From positions 1-20,467 of the forward strand of contig JAFCCO010000020.1 of the NCBI GenBank assembly GCA_017610175.1: a stretch of 20,467 nucleotides of DNA. The letters are read 5' to 3'. A program made the position numbers and the translations under genes. Positions within the stretch are counted from its first letter, which is position 1, and each line of letters opens with the position of its first letter. Under the pieces are notes generated by a model, which made no database searches, had not been told where the DNA came from, and worked only from the letters and a program-made list of their open reading frames with translations. Source of the DNA: Candidatus Iainarchaeum sp. (lineage in GTDB: Archaea > Iainarchaeota > Iainarchaeia > Iainarchaeales > GCA-2688035). Positions 14,847-20,467 of this stretch are shown here, in pieces.

Positions 14847-17800
14847 TCAGTCATCCCACACGCTTGCAACCCGCTCAAGCTTTCTGCTGCAATGCTCTGC
14901 CTTTTTCCCCTTCCCAAAGCGAACTGCAGCAATCAAAACCACTGCTGCAATGAGGGGAATTGCATAAAGCGATGCCCCTGAACCAGGCAGCGAAGTGAAG
15001 GAAACCGCGTTCCTTGAGAGAACAATTGACTTCAAAAAATTCCCGCCCCTAAGCTGGGTTTCACTATTTCCCAAAAGCTCAATAGCCGCAGGATTCGCAT
15101 TTCCCGCATTTAATTTTGCAGCAGCCGCATTAAAGCTTGTGAGGGCGTCCTGCTCAAAAATTTCAAGCGCATTTCCTATTTCCAAGTCAAGAGCCAATGC
15201 CTTTTCACCCATTGAAAAAAGTTCCCTTGAAAATTTGGCACCAATGGAAAGGGCTTCAAGCTGCTCACCCCTGTTGTGGGCCTCCATAAATTCGGAAAAT
15301 TTTGCAAGCACAAGCGGCGAGCCAAGCGACTCAAGTTCAAGGGCAATTGCCTTTAGCCTTGATCTTGAAATTGGAAGAACATATCTTGCGTTAATCAATT
15401 CAGACTCCCCAACACTTTCAACCAGCGAAGCAAGGAGAACAAGCCTTGAATTCAAAACAGAGCCCGCAAGCAGCTCAAGTTCTGCAATTTTTTCAGCAAC
15501 CGCCAAATTTTCCTGCGCCGCACTTTCATTCAATTCCGTTGAAAGGCCGGCCAGTCTTAACGAAAAATTGTCAAGGGCCTGTTTTGCCTTAACAAGGTCA
15601 TTGGAGGAGATTGCCGCCTCAAATGCAGAGTCAAGGGCAACAAATTCATTTTCAGGGGGCATTTTAAGCCCAAGGCTTTTTGCCAGCCCAAAAAGTTCAG
15701 CAACCTTTTCTGAAACAGAATTCTTTTCCCCGGAAAGCAGTGCCTCAGCCTCGGGAACCGGGAGTGGAGCAATTGATTGGGCTTTGAAAAGGAGTTCGAT
15801 TGCGTTCGCAGGGTTTGTTTCAAAAACCCTGCCCGCATCCAAAAGAGATTGTTGCAATTGCCCTGCACGGGTTTTTATTTCACTTGCCTCCTTGGAAAAA
15901 CCAAGCCGCTTCAGAAGCCCAAGCTTTTCATTCACATCCTCAAGCTCTGATTCAATCGCCTGCTTCAGCAGGAAAAACTGTTGGCGGTCCTCAATGAAAG
16001 AATTTTCCTCCGCCTCAAGCCTGTCAAGCTTGCTTGCGGTTGCGTAAAAATCATCAAGCAACTGCTTTTTTTCAAAAAACAATTCCCCCAGCAAATTAAG
16101 TTCCTCAAGCGCAGCCCCTGCCTTGCCAGCGGTGTTTTCATTTATGGAAAGGGAGAGTGATTCGGCTTTTGATTTTTGGGAGTTAAGCTGTTCAAGCCAG
16201 TAGGCTTCGCTGTTTTCAAACTCAAGCACCAATTCAACTACTACTTCGCTTTTAGGCGGCAGGGAATCAAACCAAAGGGACAGATTGTTGCCTGAAAGTA
16301 GCTCAAATTTTTGTTTTTTTCCGCTTGCATCGGTTAATTCACGCACCTTAACGCCCTTTCCTTCAAGTTCAAGAGGCACCTTTATTTGCACTTTTTCAAG
16401 CGGCGTGGAAAGCCTGTTTGTTAAGGAAAGCCTTATTCTTGCAACCCCTCTAAGGCCTGAAATTTGCTTGCTCTCAACAACCTCTGCATTAACAAGAATC
16501 GGGCGCTCAATTGAATAAAAAATAATCACACTTTGCTTCCCACCCAAACCGTCCAGCAAAAAAGAAACCTCGTTTTTGTTCTTTGAAAATTCAAGCTCTT
16601 GCCCGCCAAGATAAATTCTTGGATTTGAAACCTCAAGTTCCGGCTCCGCAAGCACGGACTTTACCAAAACCCTTGGAATTAAACCGTCCAACTCCGTTGA
16701 AATAGTTTTTTTGAACAGAGCAGAATCCTGGTTTGCGCTTACAAGCTCTGTTGACTCCAAAAAAGAAGTTTGAAGCTCTGAATCAAAATCAACCACCGTA
16801 AACCCGACAGGAAGCGAATCCAAAACCAGAACCAATTCTTCCCCTGCAAGGCCTGCGGAAACAAAGTGGGGTGGAAAAGAAACAATTTCCCCAAGGGTTG
16901 CTTTGAACGGAATGCGGATGGAACGCATGCCCTCAACCGGAAAAGGGAGGGGGTTTTCAATAACAAGCCTTGCTTTGGACAAAACAGTTTCCCCAAGCAC
17001 CGGAATTGACCGGGGAAAAAATGAAACGGAAAAGCTTTTTGAGATGGCAAAGTCAACGGCGTTGCTTGTGCTTTGCTCAAGTTCGCCCTCAATTATTTCA
17101 ACCTGCTCCGCAAGCGAAGCAAAAACAGGCAAAGCCGTTTCCGCTTTGAGGCCTGTTTTTGAAAAGTACTTTTCCAGGGAACCTATTCTCTCCGAATATT
17201 TTGAAACCGCCTTCTCCGAAACGCTTTCAGGAAACCTGCTTGAAACAAGCTCAAGGCCGTGGAAAAGTTTAACGCAGTGTTCAAAGCCCAAAACCAGTTC
17301 ACGCGCCTGGCGGCTTTGGTTCAGCCTTGACCCAATATCCCTTTCAAGCGCTTCACAAAAACCGTTCAGCATCTGCGCATTTTCAGCGGACGCAGGAATT
17401 GCATTGATTGAATTAAGCCTTGCCCTCAAGTCCCCAAAATCAACGCCCGCAACCTCATTTGAAAGCAGTGAGTTTGCTTTTGCAGTGCACTGCCCAAGCG
17501 AACCAAGCTGCATTGCATTGAATTCGTCCACATTCTCAAGTGCAAACAAAAGGCTTTGGAAATCAAACAAAACATCCCTGCACAAAAGCATCTTTTCCAC
17601 ATCCCCCGCAGCCCCAAACTTTTCTGCCTTAAACCTGATTCTTGCCTTCAGATCCGCAATTGCCGTGCCTGCCCCGGAAATTGAGGAAATGGTTTTGTTC
17701 ACCTGTGAAATTCTTTGCTCGCACAAAAGAATTGCGCCCTCAACAACCTCGCTTGAAAGGTAGTCAATGTTTGCAAGCAATTCATTTGCATCAGCAAGAG

Positions 17801-19016
17801 TTTCCTTGAGAGCAAGTGTTTCCGCACCGAGAGAAAGCTCCCCAAGCAAGGCCTTTTGCCGGATTGAATTAAACCTGGCTTTTAATTCAAGCAACTCCTG
17901 CCCGGCCTTTTCCTCAAAATCGCTTAGGCTGTTTATTCCAAAATGCTGTGCCTCAATACTGGACTCTTTTCCAAGAAGCGAATAAAGCGAGGCTGCAAAA
18001 TTTTGGTCAAGCGACGCACTTGCTTTGGGTGAAAGGTTTGAAATTGCCGACTCAATCAAAGCAAGCTTTTCGGAAATTGATTTTCTGGATTCGGCATTTC
18101 TCTCGGCGAGAACAGATTTTGCACTGCTGCCTCCGAAGAGAAGGGCGGAAAAACGCCTTGCCGAGCTGTTTTGCGTGCCTGCAAAATCGTTGTACGAAAT
18201 AAAGAATTCAAAGGAGGGGAATTCGGGAAGAACCAGGGAGGCTTGCCTGAGCTTTAGTGTGGAATTAAGGTATGAAACAAATGAGTCAAGGGCGGTTCCA
18301 AGAAAAGGAATTTTAAGGGAGAGGCGTTTCTGCATTTCCTTTGAAACAAAGCCCATTTTTCCGTCAAGCAGGTCAAGGAGGTTTTTTTCCTCAATTATTC
18401 TCCTTGAAAAGCCTGTTCTTGCCACAAGGGCTGAAAGCTTTTCAGAGTTTCGGAAATAGTGTGCCGCAAAACTCTCGCCGGAACCTGCTTCAAGCTCGCT
18501 GAAATTTTTGTTCAGTTCAACAAGATATTCAAAAACAGGCTCTTCACTGATTAGCTCAACTTCATCCTGCTCCAAAAAATGCGCTTCAAGAGCCATTGCG
18601 GAAAATGCGTGCTCAAATGCATTGCTCGAGTGGAACAACGCAAGCCTCAGATAGTGGTTGAGCTCATTAATTTCCGCAGGCAGGCCGCTTATGTTCCGCC
18701 CTGTTGAGCAAATTTCATTAATTTTGACGGCATTTTTCCGGGAACGATTAAAGTAAAGCCAGCTTGCGGCAAGCCGGTTTTTGAAAGTGAAAATTTCCTC
18801 GCGAACCCGTGGATTGAAAACGCCCTCCTCAAAACCGAAGAACTCTGATTCAACCTTTTCAAAACACTGCTGCTGTGAATTGCAGGTTGGAACGCTTGCA
18901 TATGACCCACTGCTCAACTCAATGCACTTCTGCCTCTGCCCTGTTGTAAGCTCCTGCCCAACACAGCCTGAAAGCAAAACCAACGAGAGCAATGCAATTA
19001 CAACGAATTTTTGCAT
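14847..19016 (-). CDS. Large (1389 aa) putative lipoprotein with helical/coiled-coil arms, a central beta-rich region and a C-terminal TM helix
   Basis: MQKFVVIALLSLVLLSGC lipobox-like signal; L/E/S/A-rich helical blocks; LYAIPLIAAVVLIAAV-RFGKGKK near the C-terminus; convergent with the previous gene (1-nt gap). Confidence 0.85.
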   Translation of the reverse strand: MQKFVVIALLSLVLLSGCVGQELTTGQRQKCIELSSGSYASVPTCNSQQQCFEKVESEFFGFEEGVFNPRVREEIFTFKNRLAASWLYFNRSRKNAVKINEICSTGRNISGLPAEINELNHYLRLALFHSSNAFEHAFSAMALEAHFLEQDEVELISEEPVFEYLVELNKNFSELEAGSGESFAAHYFRNSEKLSALVARTGFSRRIIEEKNLLDLLDGKMGFVSKEMQKRLSLKIPFLGTALDSFVSYLNSTLKLRQASLVLPEFPSFEFFISYNDFAGTQNSSARRFSALLFGGSSAKSVLAERNAESRKSISEKLALIESAISNLSPKASASLDQNFAASLYSLLGKESSIEAQHFGINSLSDFEEKAGQELLELKARFNSIRQKALLGELSLGAETLALKETLADANELLANIDYLSSEVVEGAILLCEQRISQVNKTISSISGAGTAIADLKARIRFKAEKFGAAGDVEKMLLCRDVLFDFQSLLFALENVDEFNAMQLGSLGQCTAKANSLLSNEVAGVDFGDLRARLNSINAIPASAENAQMLNGFCEALERDIGSRLNQSRQARELVLGFEHCVKLFHGLELVSSRFPESVSEKAVSKYSERIGSLEKYFSKTGLKAETALPVFASLAEQVEIIEGELEQSTSNAVDFAISKSFSVSFFPRSIPVLGETVLSKARLVIENPLPFPVEGMRSIRIPFKATLGEIVSFPPHFVSAGLAGEELVLVLDSLPVGFTVVDFDSELQTSFLESTELVSANQDSALFKKTISTELDGLIPRVLVKSVLAEPELEVSNPRIYLGGQELEFSKNKNEVSFLLDGLGGKQSVIIFYSIERPILVNAEVVESKQISGLRGVARIRLSLTNRLSTPLEKVQIKVPLELEGKGVKVRELTDASGKKQKFELLSGNNLSLWFDSLPPKSEVVVELVLEFENSEAYWLEQLNSQKSKAESLSLSINENTAGKAGAALEELNLLGELFFEKKQLLDDFYATASKLDRLEAEENSFIEDRQQFFLLKQAIESELEDVNEKLGLLKRLGFSKEASEIKTRAGQLQQSLLDAGRVFETNPANAIELLFKAQSIAPLPVPEAEALLSGEKNSVSEKVAELFGLAKSLGLKMPPENEFVALDSAFEAAISSNDLVKAKQALDNFSLRLAGLSTELNESAAQENLAVAEKIAELELLAGSVLNSRLVLLASLVESVGESELINARYVLPISRSRLKAIALELESLGSPLVLAKFSEFMEAHNRGEQLEALSIGAKFSRELFSMGEKALALDLEIGNALEIFEQDALTSFNAAAAKLNAGNANPAAIELLGNSETQLRGGNFLKSIVLSRNAVSFTSLPGSGASLYAIPLIAAVVLIAAVRFGKGKKAEHCSRKLERVASVWDD

Positions 19017-19038
19017 AATAAGCCCGCCCCCGAAAAGA

Positions 19039-19083
19039 CTTTTAAAGCGGAAATCTAATCCGTCAAAAAGCGAAATTTAAATA
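19039..19083. promoter_or_regulatory. Divergent TATA boxes for two leaderless genes
   Basis: CTTTAAAAG on - strand (19039-19047) 22 nt before ATG 19016; GCGAAA-TTTAAATA on + strand (19070-19083) 23 nt before ATG 19107. Confidence 0.6.
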
Positions 19084-19106
19084 ACATCCCGCACTATAAT
19101 TATTTC

Positions 19107-19985
19107 ATGGTAAAACCTGGCCCAAAACAAGTTGGAAGGAAAAAACGCACGGCAAGGCCGGTGCGCAAAAAGGCCGTTCGCCCAAAGAGGGCAATGCGGG
19201 CGCTTAAGCGCCGTTACAAATTTTACAAGTTTACCAGAAGCAGGAAACCGATTGCGGTTACGGCTGCTGTTGGAACAGTCCCAATTGTTGTCGGAACGGC
19301 AATTGTTGCAAAAGGCAACCCCTTTGGGGCCGCTGCAGCCCTCTTTGGAATGGTTGGTGCAGCAAACATTCCCGACTGGTTCAGGAAAAAGGGGTCAAGG
19401 ATGCATGACAAGATTGTTGCAAGCGCAATTGGAAGGCCGCTGATTGCAAAAAAGCTTGTTGCAAAAGAAAGGAACGCAGCGGCAAAGGCAGGGCTGCAAT
19501 TCATCGGAAACCTGCCCTTTATTACTGCAAAAGAAACTGAAATGATAATGAGAAGAGAAGGGGCAAGAGTGCCAAACCTGAAATCGTTGAAGAAATTCAG
19601 GTGCTTTTCAGGTGAAGAAATCAAGGGCCTTCGAAAAGCCTTTGGAAAAACAGCTGCAGCAAATCCAAGTGAAAGGCACAAAATTGCGGCAACGGCAGAC
19701 CTGCAACTCAACAGAATGCTTGACGAAAAGGGGCAAATCATCGGCTCGATTGCCGCAGAGCCCGTGCTTTCATCAATGGTTTTTCCGGAACTCTTCAAAA
19801 CAATAGGCGCCAATCCAATGTCCCGCGCCCTGGGAAACATGGCGATTAGCATAGCGGTGGAAAACCCGCATGGTGGCAGGATTGATTTTAGTGACAATTT
19901 TGGAAAAAACGTTAGCATTGAGTTCTGGCGCGGCAAAAGCGGCAACTGGTCACTGAGAAAGATTGAGAGGGACAAAAAATTGTGA
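19107..19985 (+). CDS. Hypothetical very basic protein with an Arg/Lys-rich N-terminal leader and a Gly/Ala-rich hydrophobic hairpin
   Basis: 292-aa ORF with a well-placed BRE/TATA; MVKPGPKQVGRKKRTARPVRKKAVRPKRAMRALKRR; PIAVTAAVGTVPIVVGTAIVA and PFGAAAALFGMVGAANI. Confidence 0.75.
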   Translation: MVKPGPKQVGRKKRTARPVRKKAVRPKRAMRALKRRYKFYKFTRSRKPIAVTAAVGTVPIVVGTAIVAKGNPFGAAAALFGMVGAANIPDWFRKKGSRMHDKIVASAIGRPLIAKKLVAKERNAAAKAGLQFIGNLPFITAKETEMIMRREGARVPNLKSLKKFRCFSGEEIKGLRKAFGKTAAANPSERHKIAATADLQLNRMLDEKGQIIGSIAAEPVLSSMVFPELFKTIGANPMSRALGNMAISIAVENPHGGRIDFSDNFGKNVSIEFWRGKSGNWSLRKIERDKKL

Positions 19986-20078
19986 ACCCCTGCATCCCCT
20001 GACAACGGCAAAAAACGGAGGATTGCGCAAAACAGCCAGTTCACACCCCCATATGCGATTATAACCTTGGGGAAAAAA

Positions 20079-20467
20079 TCATTGCCGTTTATAATAGTAC
20101 ACAGCCACTCCTAAAGCCAGAAGCACGGCTGCTGCGATTAGGATTGTGTTGTAGTCCTGTTCTTCTGCAATTTGCACTTTTTCTATTTCAGTGCACTCTG
20201 CGTTTTCGCAAATCATTCCGTAACCGCAGGTCATTCCATTGGCCACCGGAATAAAGCTGCATTGGCTGTTTATGCATAGTTGGTTTGTGCAGGGTTCTTG
20301 GTCGTCGCAGTCTGAGTCAATTGTGCAGGTGGTTGGTTTTGGGGTTATTTCTTTTGCTGCTGTGGGTATTGGCGGAATCCATTCTGCTAGTTCTGCTTGT
20401 TCTACTTTTTTTTCAACGAAGTATGTTACTTCTGCTTCTTCTCCTGCTTCAAGCTTGGCAATTGTGA
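20079..20467 (-). CDS. C-terminal fragment of a surface protein with a Cys-rich CDD..PCT module, TM helix and basic tail (5' end outside the window)
   Basis: Manual translation: ...TIAKLEAGEEAEVTYFVEKKV...CTIDSDCDDQEPCTNQLCINSQCSFIPVANGMTCGYGMICENAEC...NTILIAAAVLLALGVAVYYYKRQ*; TGA at 20079-20081. Not in the ORF track. Confidence 0.85.
   Translation of the reverse strand, partial: TIAKLEAGEEAEVTYFVEKKVEQAELAEWIPPIPTAAKEITPKPTTCTIDSDCDDQEPCTNQLCINSQCSFIPVANGMTCGYGMICENAECTEIEKVQIAEEQDYNTILIAAAVLLALGVAVYYYKRQ

Noticed and set aside
14995-18459. Long plus-strand ORFs 14995..16047, 16903..17763, 18025..18459
   Set aside because: Ser-rich antisense shadows of the Leu/Glu-rich 1389-aa gene; no motifs or promoters.
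19223-20044. 273-aa minus-strand ORF
   Set aside because: Antisense to 19107..19985, which has the well-placed BRE/TATA and more typical codon usage; not absolutely excluded.
20285-20467. 60-aa Leu-rich plus-strand ORF
   Set aside because: Shadow of the minus-strand Cys-rich CDS ending at 20079.

Overview
Archaeal chromosomal segment, most likely from a DPANN-type lineage (Diapherotrites/Iainarchaeota-like; an inference from gene style, not a database match). Housekeeping genes are nac, a long-type FKBP PPIase, the conserved psmB-aCPSF1/fttA pair and an AK6/Fap7-type kinase. They are interleaved with many unannotated membrane or surface proteins. The strongest unexplained signal is a candidate surface-display system. 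Two secreted proteins with different passenger domains (580 aa PKD/DNRLRE-like; 1182 aa Cys-rich with ten 53-aa Ser/Gly/Cys repeats) end in the same module: an Ig/CARDB-like domain, then VPE, a TM helix and a basic tail. Both are preceded by the identical 13-bp promoter element AAAAGTATATTAA, whose third copy precedes an unannotated 45-codon ORF. Two partial CDSs at the window edges are missing from the ORF track. No tRNA, rRNA, CRISPR array or transposase was seen.
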